DNA of 63,885 bases, filler included, from Octopus bimaculoides (taxonomy: Eukaryota): NCBI RefSeq assembly GCF_001194135.2. It is 6 parts of 6 records of this genome, joined end to end, with 100 filler letters (N's around TTAATTAATTAA, not from the genome) between each part and the next. Parts side by side here need not be neighbours in the genome. Positions count along the whole stretch, not along the records: positions 30,095 to 41,728 come from NC_068981.1; positions 41,829 to 54,797 come from NC_068986.1; 4 more parts are not named here. One strand, written 5' to 3'. The translations under genes were made by a program, and so were the position numbers. Numbering within the stretch: the stretch's first letter is position 1; every line of letters begins with the position of its first letter. The notes beneath the pieces were generated by a model. The model was not told the origin of the DNA, did not search any database, and saw nothing but the letters and a program-made list of their open reading frames with translations. Below are positions 40,022 through 52,616 of the stretch, piece by piece.

Positions 40022-40844
40022 GTTCAGGCTAACTGCAACCATCTATTTTCAACTGGTTAACAGTCTTTGCACTTTATTTAAGGTCTGTCCACAGATGTCG
40101 TACGAAGTGAACTGAGTGTATGTACACATGACTAATGTTATTTTGCTAGGCTACTGTAGTTTTTGAGAGAAAAGAATGTGATGGGGAAGATTTGGAAACT
40201 TGATATGGCTTCAAAAATTACTGACCTTAGGGTTTTAGTTGAAAAGGAGTCATAGACCTTTAATTGGGAAAAAGTGTACTTTTTCAACCCTAGTTTTAGG
40301 TGGACTATGAGTTGGTGATCTTCTGATATTGTATACAACTGCTGGCAATTAAATCAGATTAAATCAAATATATGAGGTGTGGGATTTACTATGAGGCCAA
40401 TTTGAAATTTTCTCTGTATAAATTAAGCTTCAGATTATATGTAATCTTATATGTGTATCTAGAATTTTTAAAAATAGTTTTATTTAAGGGGAATATCAAT
40501 TGCTACTTGATTGTCAAACCAGTTATTACCTTGATATTTACATGTAAACTCGGGCACCTATTTATGCAGTAGTTACTAAACTATATATTTTGCCTCCATG
40601 GAAGTATTTAAAAGTCCTATGTAGGTGCGAACGTCTTAGGGCATATTCTTGCCTACTGTTAAACAACTGATGTTTAACTGTGAAACTGATATATTTCCTC
40701 TATGCACAAGTTGCATCTTTTTTCTCCAATTACATAAGGTTCAACTTTGCGCATGCACGCACACAAACACACACACACAGCGCACGCACACACACACACT
40801 CATCAGATTTCATTTACACACAAAATGACCAGATGCATTTAGCA

Positions 40845-41335
40845 GAGGCCATAAACCAATGTCTCATCACCACTGGCACAGTCCAGCATATATGATTCCT
40901 ATGTAGAGTTGCTTTTGCTACTTCACTAGCACCTTGGAGATGAATTTTGTCAACACTCTCCACTTGCTTAAATCCTCTGCTAAAATGGAATGCATGGAAT
41001 GCACTGATCCTGTGCTTATTTCTATTTCATGAGCAATTTCCTGGTTTGGTTTAAAACAGTATTCCATGAGTGTTTGTCTAACCTTTTCAATCGGCTTTGT
41101 TTCAGCTTGTGGACGGCCTGCCTGAGTATGCCTTGCACTCCACTGAGGAACAGCTTTGTTTAAAGCAGTTGTACCACTCCTTGATCTGAGTTTTGCTCAT
41201 GGCATCATTGCCAAAGGCCTGCTGATTCTTCTGGATGGTTTGAGCTTGAGTGTCACCAAACTTTTTGCAAAACTTGATGCAATATCTCTGGTTGGTGTGT
41301 TCAGGGAAAACAAAAATCCAGTGAGCATGCACTGC
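40845..41335 (-). mobile_element. mariner transposase N-terminal relic
   Basis: QRYCIKFCKKFGDTQAQTIQK.QQAFGNDAMSKTQIKEWYN.FK...SGRPSTS, then SILAEDL...TKFISKVL...GDETLVYG. Confidence 0.8.
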
Positions 41336-41682
41336 AGGTATTATTGCCAGGAACTAACATGGACTACTGGTGCAAAATGTTTCTTGCATGCACAGGAAAC
41401 TTGTATACATTAATGTGAATTTTTTAAATAAATTCACTAGTTTATATGAGTAAAAAAAAATTTGCTTCATATTTACTTTTTAAAATTTGTTATGTTATGT
41501 TATATTATATCTTTTTATAGTATATTATAATGTAAATAAGTTTTTTTGTTAATTGTATTTCTCTATTTCATTAAATATTTGTATATTGTAATTGTACCTG
41601 TTTATCTGATATTCAACTGTTGTACCAGTGAGAATTGGATGTTTTACATCCCTTTGAAGGAATTGTTTTTTTCCATTGTTTG

Positions 41683-41728
<46 letters not shown>

Positions 41729-41849
41729 NNNNNNNNNNNNNNNNNNNNNNNNNNNNNNNNNNNNNNNNNNNNTTAATTAATTAANNNNNNNNNNNNNNNN
41801 NNNNNNNNNNNNNNNNNNNNNNNNNNNNTTATAATAATGATAATAATTA

Positions 41850-42066
41850 TATTGGTTTCAAATTTAGGCACGAGGCCAGAAATTTCGAGGGAGGAGGTAA
41901 GTCAATTACATCGACCCCAGCACTCAACTGGTACTTATTTTATTGACTCCGAAAGGATGAAAGGCGACGTCAACCTCGGTGGAATTTGAACCCAGAACGT
42001 AAAGACGGACGAAATGTCGCTAAGCATTTTCCCCGGCCTGCTAACGATTCTGCTAGCTCGCCGCCT
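41850..42066 (-). mobile_element. Full-length SINE C (tail type 2) with 15-bp TSD
   Basis: TSD TAATGATAATAATTA at 41835-41849 and 42067-42081. Confidence 0.9.
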
Positions 42067-42907
42067 TAATGATAATAATTACGTTATGGTTTGTAATTTA
42101 GACAGAAAACAAGCAGTTTTGAAAGGAGAAGTAAGACAATACCATCGACTTAAACCCCCCCCCCCTTACCGTCTTTGTATTTGTGTTTGTCTACTCCAAC
42201 CGCTTAACAACTGGTTTGCTTACGTCCCCATAACTTAACGACTCGGCAAACGAAACCGATAGAAAAGCATACATCGCCCACGTTATTTATTACCAGCCGA
42301 ATGCCATGATTTGGCTTAGCTGTCATCATACCAGGATGGAACGTCTGCTCCAGTCTGGTCTGCAAGGGACTAGTCAGAAGCTCCCTCAGTGGATAATAGA
42401 GGGTTTGGTTTGCCGTACCTGATATGATGCGGAGGCATGCACAGGAGTTTCGATACAAACAGAAAAAACATAAGTACTGGAGTAAGTTTTTTTTTTACTA
42501 AGCCCTTCAGGGCGGTGCTCCAGCACGGCCTCAGTCCAATAACTGGATCAAGTAAAAAATAAAATACACGCCTTCATTATAAATATTGAGGCCACACGTC
42601 TAGATTACAAATACTTCATTAAAAGAAAACCATATATTTATTAGGATAAGAGGTGACATAAAATATACTACATATACTACGAGGTATTTAATCAACCAAC
42701 CTATCGTTTCCGCCATCACCTCCTGCTATAATAATACTTGTCTGATTCACCTCTTTTGTTTTGTAAAAAAAGATTTTTTTTCTTTACTTCTCTAATAAAT
42801 ATGTAAAAAAAACTATCATCGTTTTTATTGTTGCCGTTGTCATCATCGTTGTTGTAATTATCGTACCAGGAAGGTCTATTATCACCTTTACTTTATTAAT
42901 CTCCTGT

Positions 42908-42940
<33 letters not shown>

Positions 42941-44048
42941 TTTTAGCAACTGCGTTCCAAAATGACAAACAAAAATCAATAAAAGGACCCGAAGTCTAAA
43001 CGAACCGGAAGTTCTGACTGCAAGCACGTGTCCATAGCTATTGAAAGACCGGAAGTCGTAGATCAATCGACGGTATTGATTTTCATACTCAGAAACATGT
43101 TTGTCAGAGACTAAAGAAAGTGTTAGACAGACAGACAAATGGACAGAGTGAAAGATAGATGCAGAAAATATAAAGAGATAGATGATGATGGTGATGATGA
43201 TGNNNNNNNNNNNNNNNNNNNNNNNNNNNNNNNNNNNNNNNNNNNNNNNNNNNNNNNNNNNNNNNNNNNNNNNNNNNNNNNNNNNNNNNNNNNNNNNNNN
43301 NNNNNNNNNNNNNNNNNNNNNNNNNNNNNNNNNNNNNNNNNNNNNNNNNNNNNNNNNNNNNNNNNNNNNNNNNNNNNNNNNNNAATTCTTAAATGGAAAT
43401 ACATCTTTATCTTTTGCGACAGTCCTTATACTTATATACATATATATAAAACGATTGTATGCACCGAATAAATGACAGGAAAAAGAAAATATTACTAATT
43501 GTTATGGCCCTTTATTTTCATCGTTTCAATGTATGATACAACGTCTTCGAGATGTTGTTATACAATGATAATTTGCCGTTCTGTTATCCTATCTGTAGGT
43601 TGTTAAATTCATCTTTTGTTGACTGCTAGAAGACTTAGAGAGAAAAGGAGAGAGAGAAAGAATAAGAGGGTCTAGAGAAGTAGAGAGGGTAAGAGCTGAG
43701 TGGTTCCTTACGCAAAAGCGTTCTCTGTGGTTACTGCATTTATAAATGTTGGAAAGCTGTATGTAGGTCAAAGAACAATGGAAAGTAATGAGTTTTCCTC
43801 TCTCGGACTGTATCCAATCTAAGAATGTTAACTTGAACAATAGAACTTAAAGTGTGACAGTAGACTCTAATAAATTTCCAAATGCTAAAGCGGAGAAACA
43901 ATAAGGATGGGAATTATAGCAAAATATAGATTCGATTTCAAATCCTGGCTTGAAATTAAAAAGCTATTCGTCACACGCGCTTGTGTGTGTGCGTGCGTGC
44001 ATGCGTGTGTGCGTGCGTGCGTGCGTGCGTGCGTGCGTGTGTGTGTGT

Positions 44049-44087
<39 letters not shown>

Positions 44088-44465
44088 GTCTTCCTAAGTC
44101 TATTTTCAGATATAAAATATTTCATTAAAAAAAGGCATTCACAAGTATTGCTATTATTATTATTATTATGGATAGAAGTACGTTTAATATCAAAGCGTAA
44201 TGTTTATCCCCTCTTAAAAGTGAATGTTCTGTTAGAACACAGAATACTTTGGTACATATTAGCACACTTGTTTATATCGCTAGCGAGAGATAAATCTCCC
44301 CCAATCGGCATCGCTAAAACTACCAGGTCACGTGGTTTCGGCCTTCCCTGGTCATGTCAATTGTACGAATGTGTGTGAGTGCGTGTGAACTGTGTACACT
44401 TATACTTAATATGTTCTTGTAGGCTCAATGGTGGAGAGACCTTCTCCTTATTGGCTATATGTGTG

Positions 44466-46253
44466 TGTAGTAACGCTGTGCGCATGCGTAGTCTCACGCA
44501 TGCGTAGAATTAAACATCCAAGCTTTCCCGCTTTGATCGATCTCTTTCTTGCTGGCCAGCGATTGAGCAAGGACGTGTCTAGCTATCTCTCCATCTTTCG
44601 AACTTACGCTAGACAGCTCACATCAATATACCAACGTCCCAACAATCATGTTCTCACACACCGAAGACGTCTCAACAAACAAGATTAAAGATGTATATTT
44701 TCCACCTTGAATAAATGTTGTTATGTTGATAGTCTGGAGTTCAGCGTTCCGTTTAATCCATTAATTTAATATAGGAAAGTCAGGTGTACATCTAATGATG
44801 TATAACCCACTTTCCTATAACTGGTGACCCCGACTAAAGAACAAATGCGGCCATGGAGACTGAACTACCAAGCAACGATGACCACCAACACCTCCAACCA
44901 TAGTCAACACGACTTACTATGTACACCAAACTAAACCACCGCGGCAAATCTCTCTCTTCGATTCTGTTAGGTGACTTAGNNNNNNNNNNNNNNNNNNNNN
45001 NNNNNNNNNNNNNNNNNNNNNNNNNNNNNNNNNNNNNNNNNNNNNNNNNNNNNNNNNNNNNNNNNNNNNNNNNNNNNNNNNNNNNNNNNNNNNNNNNNNN
45101 NNNNNNNNNNNNNNNNNNNNNNNNNNNNNNNNNNNNNNNNNNNNNNNNNNNNNNNNNNNNNNNNNNNNNNNNNNNNNNNNNNNNNNNNNNNNNNNNNNNN
45201 NNNNNNNNNNNNNNNNNNNNNNNNNNNNNNNNNNNNNNNNNNNNNNNNNNNNNNNNNNNNNNNNNNNNNNNNNNNNNNNNNNNNNNNNNNNNNNNNNNNN
45301 NNNNNNNNNNNNNNNNNNNNNNNNNNNNNNNNNNNNNNNNNNNNNNNNNNNNNNNNNNNNNNNNNNNNNNNNNNNNNNNNNNNNNNNNNNNNNNNNNNNN
45401 NNNNNNNNNNNNNNNNNNNNNNNNNNNNNNNNNNNNNNNNNNNNNNNNNNNNNNNNNNNNNNNNNNNNNNNNNNNNNNNNNNNNNNNNNNNNNNNNNNNN
45501 NNNNNNNNNNNNNNNNNNNNNNNNNNNNNNNNNNNNNNNNNNNNNNNNNNNNNNNNNNNNNNNNNNNNNNNNNNNNNNNNNNNNNNNNNNNNNNNNNNNN
45601 NNNNNNNNNNNNNNNNNNNNNNNNNNNNNNNNNNNNNNNNNNNNNNNNNNNNNNNNNNNNNNNNNNTATACGAACTAGATTTTTTCTCTACAGACACTTT
45701 TAATATGTTCTGTGTTTTCACTCACACATTTTCTTTCATTTGTACATTGCATGCATGTTCTCACGAGTGCATATTCATTTCTTTCATTTTTCTTTGTGTG
45801 TGTTTGTGCTACATCTTGTGGGTGGTTTTCAGTGGCCATCCTGCCTCAGGCGTTCCAACAGAATTATATTATCATGCGTTCCGCACTGGCAAGGGAGCCC
45901 TGTAATAACGCTGTGCGCATGCGTAGTCTCACGCATGCGTGGAATTAAACATCCAAGCTTTCCCGCTTTGATCGATCTCTTTCTTGCTGGCCAGCGATTG
46001 AGCAAGGACGTGTCTAGCTGTCTCTCCATCTTTCGAACTTACGCTAGACAGCTCACATCAATATAACAACGTCCCAACAACCATATTCTCACACACCGAA
46101 GACATCTCAACAAACAAGATTAAAGATGTATATTTTCCACCTTGAATAAATGTTGTTATGTTGATAGTCTGGAGTTCAGCGTTCCGTTATATTGTTAATT
46201 TAATATAGGAAAGTCAGGTGTACATCTAATGATGTATAACCCACTTTCCTATA
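44466..46253 (+). mobile_element. Short LTR retroelement (Gypsy-like, probably non-autonomous)
   Basis: About 354-bp direct repeats at 44466-44819 and 45901-46253 starting TGTA, with about 10 differences. PBS TGGTGACCCCGAC at 44822 is complementary to the tRNA-Trp 3' end. Purine tract GGCAAGGGAG precedes the 3' LTR. 4-bp TSD TGTG. AATAAA lies within the LTR. Confidence 0.88.
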
Positions 46254-46452
46254 TGTGAAAACACACCAAGCTGGGCTATGAACGACATCGTCGAGTTGTA
46301 AGGCACGTGTTTCTGGGTGCTTAAACTTCATTTCTAATGCAGACCCTGAATCAGTCATTCTCGCCCCGTTAAAAAGTACCGTTCGTGTACGTGTGGGTGT
46401 GCATATATATATATTATACATACACACACAGACACACACACATATATATATG

Positions 46453-46506
<54 letters not shown>

Positions 46507-47469
46507 CGTGTGTATGTACGTGTGTTTGCATGTATGCATGCATGTATGTATATAATTATCTCTTAAAGGCTCAATGCTCTGCACACTTTTGCTATGCGAA
46601 TGAACCAGAACATAAATCTATATCTTTCTTTATTTAATGCTTTTTTTCGCCCACATTTTTTTTCTCTCTGATATTCTATTGTTAAGTTATCAGATCGAAA
46701 ATGCTAGATCGAGAGATATGATCATCGATAGGCCCATTAACCTTGTTTTTAACATCAGAAATGTAGTTCTCTAGTAACTATAATGTAATGGAATACAATA
46801 CTTAACATAAGCGAAATACAAAGATATTAATTATATCAAAATGTATTCTAAACATAGATGTTTCTTCGCAAAATATCTTCTTTTCTTTATTAATGTCACC
46901 GAGAGAGTCTTTAATAGCTACATCTTCAAGAAATAGCCGCCAAATCAATCTCAAATCACAACCTACAATAGGCCGTGATGGTATCTATATTTGCTTGCGT
47001 TTACATAGGTCTGTGGTTCAATTCCTGGACTGGGTTACGCTTTGTGTTCATGAGCAAGACGATTCATTTCACGTTGCTTTAGTCTACTCGGCTGAAAATA
47101 GGTTCCTAGTGCTGGTTCAACCAGCTGTTACATCTTCGACATAGAGAACGGTTGAGTTGGTATCCCAATTTGCTCACGATACATAGGCATTTAAAGCTGT
47201 TGGCGAGTCTACGAAATGGGTTGCGCAGAAGAAACTAAAACGGGAACCAATTCACGTGCGGTCTTTTCTCATTCTTGATTCAAATTCAAACTTTTAATCC
47301 TGACAAATATTATAAAGAAATGATTATCTCTCTTGTCCTATCTTTCCACTAAGGGACTCCACATATCTGAAATATTAGTTGTCACCACCATCACCACCAT
47401 CATCATTATCATAATCATCATTACTAACGTTAATGAATCGCGTGTACAGCACCATCGCCAACACAGTTA

Positions 47470-48138
47470 GGATCTATTTTAAAATGGGGGCGCCAGTATT
47501 TTCTTAACGAAACACTAACGAAACACTTTGAAACTTGGGACACTGGTAGAATGTGTCATATAAAACATCTTTTACTCTTAGTCTTCTTAACAAAAAAAAA
47601 AGGAATTCGCAAGTTATTCCATGTTAAAGTTGTCGTATTTCTGTAATTTCAACCAATCACTGACGTCTATTCAGCTGAATAGAGTTACTGCTGGGCGGTC
47701 ATAAAAATGTTATTCCCTGTGACATATTTCATCCGGTTTAATCGTAATTTATACGCATATATTGTTTATATAATAAATTACGCTGTGCGTATCTATGTGT
47801 GTAACAATTTTAGAGTTCGGATTCTCGAATTAGGGTTAGTTTTAGGGTTACGGTTAGGGTTACGGTTAACAGTCTAGTTAGGGTTAGTGTTAGGGTTAGG
47901 GGATTAATACGATATACATCGTTACAGCGCTAACTGCTTTCAACTGAATAGACGTCAGTGATTAGTAGAAATTATCGAAATAAGACAATTTTTTACATGA
48001 AATAAATTCGAATACAAAAATATTTTTCTGTTCTATAACACAAAATAGATAAGTATACGAAGTTTGAAAGTCTTTCCGTACCAAAAACACTACATAAAAC
48101 ATAAATGAAAACTGGCGCCCCCGTTTTAAAATAGATCC
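47470..48138. mobile_element. Non-autonomous DNA transposon, Merlin-like (GG termini, 8-bp TSD)
   Basis: 28-bp TIR GGATCTATTTTAAAA(T/C)GGGGGCGCCAGT, extending imperfectly to about 200 bp. Exact TSD CACAGTTA at 47462-47469 and 48139-48146. Confidence 0.8.
47829..47905 (+). repeat. Degenerate (TTAGGG)n-like tract inside the MITE
   Basis: TTAGGGTTAGTTTTAGGGTTACGGTTAGGGTTACGG...TTAGGGTTAGTGTTAGGGTTAGGGG. Confidence 0.8.
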
Positions 48139-48805
48139 CACAGTTATAACTGCCACTACATCACCACTGCCATCATCACCAATTGTCATCATTACCAATT
48201 GTCATCATTACTATCATCACTGCTGCCAGTAGTATCATTTTAATACCACAAGCTACCAATACTACTACTACTACTACAGTAAGGAACACAATGGCCGAGG
48301 CAACCACTAATACCATCGTCTCCAATAGCCTGCACTATTGTCATAACCACCTCCGACCAACACCTATCTGCAAAACACCCCTTCCTGCCGAAGAGGTTTT
48401 CATTCATTGCGTGAAACAAAGCTAAGGGGCGGAGAAGGGAAGGGACGTGAGGAGGAGATGAAGCATAAGAAGAGGAGGAGGAGGCGAGGAAGAGAGGCGA
48501 GGAGGAGAGACGAGGAGGGGATGATACGAAAGAAGGGATGTGGGAGGGGTGGTGATGGAGGAGGAGGAAATGAATGATGATAACAATGATGACTATAATA
48601 ATGGTAATGAAGAAGAAAAATACGAAAGAATAAAGATGAAGAACAAGAAAGAAAAAAGAAAGGTATTAACAGAAGAGTAGGGAGGAAACTAAGCAGCGAA
48701 AAGACGACAGACACATTGTCCGTTTCTGATCGAAGTGAACAAACTCCGTTAAGACGACAAAGATGTGATGTGAGGAAGAGTTCACTTTTATACAACTATC
48801 TAGAT

Positions 48806-49563
48806 CAGTGGTTCTCAACAGAAGTCCATGTGGATCTTGGTAGTCCATGTAAGATTTGGGGGGATCCTCGCAAGAAAAAGTAGCAAATTGGGGCGTAGGA
48901 GTGGCTGTGTGGTAAGTAGCTTGCTTACAAACCACATGGTTCCGGGTTCAGTCCCACTGCGTGGTACCTTGGGCAAGTGTCTTCTACTATAGCCTCGGGG
49001 CCGACCAAAGCCTTGTGAGTGGACTTGGTAGGCGGAAACTGAAAGAAGCCCATCGTATATATGTATTTATATATATGTATCTCTGTGTGTATATGTTTAT
49101 GTGTCTGTATTTGTCCACCCAACATCGCTTGACAACCGATGGTGGTGTGTTTACGTCCCCGTAACTTAGCGGTTCGGCAAAAAGAGACCGATAGAATAAG
49201 TACTAGGCTTCCAAAGAATAAGTCCTGGGGTCGATTTGCTCGACTAAAGGCGTTGCTCCAGCATGGCCACAGTCAAATGACTGAAACAAGTAAAAGAGTA
49301 AAAGAGATCCACAGTAGTATCTTAAGAGTCCATAAAAAATTTTGCTTTAGATATATTTATTGCAAGAAACGCTTAGGTTTCGTTCTCTGACGTCTTACAT
49401 AGTTCAAGCTACTCAGGTTAATGTATGAAAAGCAAAATAAGAATTTTGAAAGAAGTATCTGTAAAACTAGCCTTTAAACATCAAATGATTATGGGGTGGC
49501 GGTCCATCAGAGTAAAATAGTACTCGAAGGGGTCCATAGGCAATAAATGGTTCAAAACCACTG
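48806..49563. mobile_element. hAT (Charlie/Buster-like) MITE interrupted by a SINE
   Basis: Termini CAGTGGTTCTCAAC / GGTTCAAAACCACTG. The 8-bp flanks ATCTAGAT and ACTTAGAC are degenerate with a central TA. Confidence 0.75.
48892..49306 (+). mobile_element. Full-length SINE A+B
   Basis: A box TGGCTGTGTGG, B box GGTTCAGTCCC, body CCTTGGGCAAGTGTCTTCT, microsatellite spacer and tail ending (GTAAAAGA)2. Confidence 0.9.
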
Positions 49564-49651
49564 ACTTAGACGACGATAAACTCAGAGCCTCTTAATACAT
49601 GGTCAAACAGGGCAGTTGCCCCGGGGGCCCAGCGGGTCTAGGGCCCATTTC

Positions 49652-50388
49652 TGGTCTATGTCTGTTGTGGTTAATGGTCTCTACGTCAACACCTCTTGTG
49701 TCTGTTTTCTATGTTCCTTCATACACGCCAGCTCAACTTGATTCGTTCCCAGTCGAAAGACGCCTGTTGTTATTTCTTGTTGTTTGTATTCGTAATTGTG
49801 TACCATGTTCTCCATTTTTTTGTTTGCTTGTTTTGTTTTTGTTTTTTGTTTTTTTTTGTCTTTGTTGCTGTACACATTTGCTAGCTTTCTTACAATGGGG
49901 TCTAATGCTCTTAGCTTAGTCTTTTTGGGAGGCAACCAGATCGAACCATCTCAAATGTAACTACCCGAAATGGTCTATGTCTGTTGTGGTTTATGGTCTC
50001 TACGTCAACACATCTTGTGTCTGTCTTCTATGTTCCTTCATACACGCCAGCTCAACTTGATTCGTTCCCAGTCGAAAGACGCCTGTTGTTATTTCTTGTT
50101 GTTTGTATTCGTAATTGTGTACCATGTTCTCCATTTTTTTGTTTGCTTGTTTGTTTGTTTTTTTTGTCTTTGTTGCTGTACACATTTGCTAGCTTTCTTA
50201 CAATGGGGTCTAATGCTCTTAGCTTGGTCTTTTGGGGAGGCAACCAGATCGAACCATCTCAAATGTAACTGCCCGAAATGGTCGTGACTTCTGGTACTTG
50301 ACTGAAGAAAGAAGGCCACAAATGACCCGTTTTTTTTGCCTGTCCTTCTAACTGCTGTTTCTCTTGTCCGCCTTTGTATCGTCTATCT
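49652..50388 (+). repeat. Tandem duplication of a 319-bp unit (Penelope pLTR-like)
   Basis: Units start TGGTCTATGTCTGTTGTGG at 49652 and 49971. The distal part is homologous to 60850-61050. Confidence 0.8.
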
Positions 50389-50624
50389 TATTTCTTTACT
50401 GCCCACAAGGGGCTACACACACACAGAGGGGACAAACAAGGACAGACAAACGGGTTAAGTCGTATATATCGACCCCAGCGCGTAACTGGTACTTATTTAA
50501 TCGACCCCGAAAGGATGAAAGGCAAAGTCGACCTCGGCGGAATTTGAACTCAGTACGTAGCGGCAGACGAAATACTGCAAAGCATTTCGCCCGGCGTGCT
50601 AACGTTTCTGCCAGCTCACCGCCT
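50389..50624 (-). mobile_element. Full-length SINE C (tail type 1) with 16-bp degenerate TSD
   Basis: TSD TTTGTATCGTCTATCT (50373-50388) / TTTGTAACGCCTATCT (50625-50640). Confidence 0.88.
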
Positions 50625-50717
50625 TTTGTAACGCCTATCTGTCCGAACGTTTTAATGCCCTCTATTGCGTCTTTTTCCATTTTGATATTTATATATGTAT
50701 ATGTATGTATACATATG

Positions 50718-50762
<45 letters not shown>

Positions 50763-50805
50763 GTATATACATATATATATACATATATATATGTGTGTGT
50801 GTGTC

Positions 50806-50837
<32 letters not shown>

Positions 50838-51376
50838 TATAGACACACACACACAATATTTTTTTTCTTTTCTTTCCTCATTCCTGTCTGTAGAAGAACA
50901 TAGACTCGAAATGGTAAAAACACTTCCATTTTTCCAGAGCGTCAGACTAATACGCCTTGTTTATTGTTTCCTCGCCTGTCTCTGTCTTCTGACTCTTTTT
51001 TGCTGCAGTTTTCTGTACACGTTGAAAGGTATACACTGAAACGTTCAAAGGCGTTTACACATAGACAGAGAGAGACACACCAGGAGATAGGCACTGACAG
51101 ACAGCATAGACATGTAAACAGGGAGTCACATAGAAGTATATTCACGAAGGATAATACATACATAGACAGTCGATACTAACAGGACATTAGAAAGGAAGAG
51201 ATAAAGAGAGTGAGTGTGCGTGCGTGCGTGCGCGTGTGTGAGAGAGAGAGAGACACTCACAGACACAGACAGGTAGGTAGGTAGACAAAGAAGGAAAGAA
51301 AGATAGAAAAAAAAGAGGTATAAATGAGAATGCATAAAAAAATAAGGCTGGTGACATGAAAATGTGTGTTACTGAG

Positions 51377-51440
51377 AGAAGTAGGGAGAGAGAAAGAAAG
51401 AGAGAGAGAAAGAAAGAGAGAGAGAAAGAAAGAGAGAGAG

Positions 51441-51496
<56 letters not shown>

Positions 51497-51502
51497 CGTG
51501 TA

Positions 51503-51544
<42 letters not shown>
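51377..51544. repeat. (GA)n/(TG)n microsatellite
   Basis: Direct repeats. Confidence 0.95.
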
Positions 51545-51768
51545 CGCCTCCGTGTGTGTATGTGTGGGAGGGCGGTAAGTGAAATGAAAAACGTGGTGAG
51601 TAGGTGAGAAAAAAGGTAAAGAAAAGTAATTCTAATTACTTTCTACCACAAGCTTAGGTCCGAATGTCTCCTTACAATATACACCAAGAAAGACAAAAGT
51701 AACAGAACAATGGAATGACAAAACAGAACAGAAACCTCGAATGTTAATTAATTATACCGTCGTTACAG

Positions 51769-51806
<38 letters not shown>

Positions 51807-52212
51807 GCGCGCATGTTTGTATCTATAAAGGGAGTAAACTATTTTGCTTTTAACCAAACAGTAAAACAATTTCGTAACTCTTTCAAGTATTAATCTGTCC
51901 GCGGCATATGGGCGTACGTACGTACACGTGGTTACGCGTGCGCGTGATTGTTTAAGAAAACCGACTGCACGAGCCCTCAATAGATAAGATAAACATCATC
52001 TGCTTAGACAATGATAACAATGAAAGAACATGAATGTAACATTCTGATCCTTGACACAAAATGGAAATTCAAAGACTGACATCGATGACATCGTAATTGA
52101 GGAGTTATTATTTTAAGATACAGAAGAAAAAGTAAACGGATTGGAAATACACAAACAAGACGTCACATTAGAAGTGGCGTATTTCCAACAGGAAGTGATC
52201 ATTCCTTAAACA

Positions 52213-52616
52213 GGCGTAGGAGTGGCTGTGTGGTAAGTAGCATGCTTACCAACCACATGGTTCCGGGTTCAGTCCCACTGCGTGGCATCTTGGGCAAGTG
52301 TCTTCTACTGTAGCCTCGGCCCGACCAAAGCCTTGTGAGTGGATTTGGTAGACGGAAACTGAAAGAAGCCTGTCGTATATATGTATTTATATATATATGT
52401 GTGTGTGTGTATCTATGTTTGTCCCTCTAGCATTGCTTGACAACCGATGCTGGTGTGTTTATGTCCCCGTAACTTAGCGGTTCGGCAAAAGATATCGATA
52501 GAATAAGTCCCAGGCTTACAAAGAATAAGTCCCGGGGTTGATTTGCTCGACTAAAAGGCGGTGCTCCAGCCTGGCCGCAGTCAAAAATGACTGAAACAAG
52601 TAAAAGAGTAAAAGAG
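52213..52616 (+). mobile_element. Full-length SINE A+B
   Basis: Near-identical architecture to the 48892 copy. Confidence 0.9.

Noticed and set aside
47829-47905. True telomere or chromosome-fusion scar
   Set aside because: The tract is short, degenerate, single-orientation and enclosed by transposon TIRs and a TSD.
48892-48975. tRNA-like heads (A/B boxes) as tRNA genes
   Set aside because: They are high-copy, run into SINE bodies and lack a clean cloverleaf. They are SINE heads.
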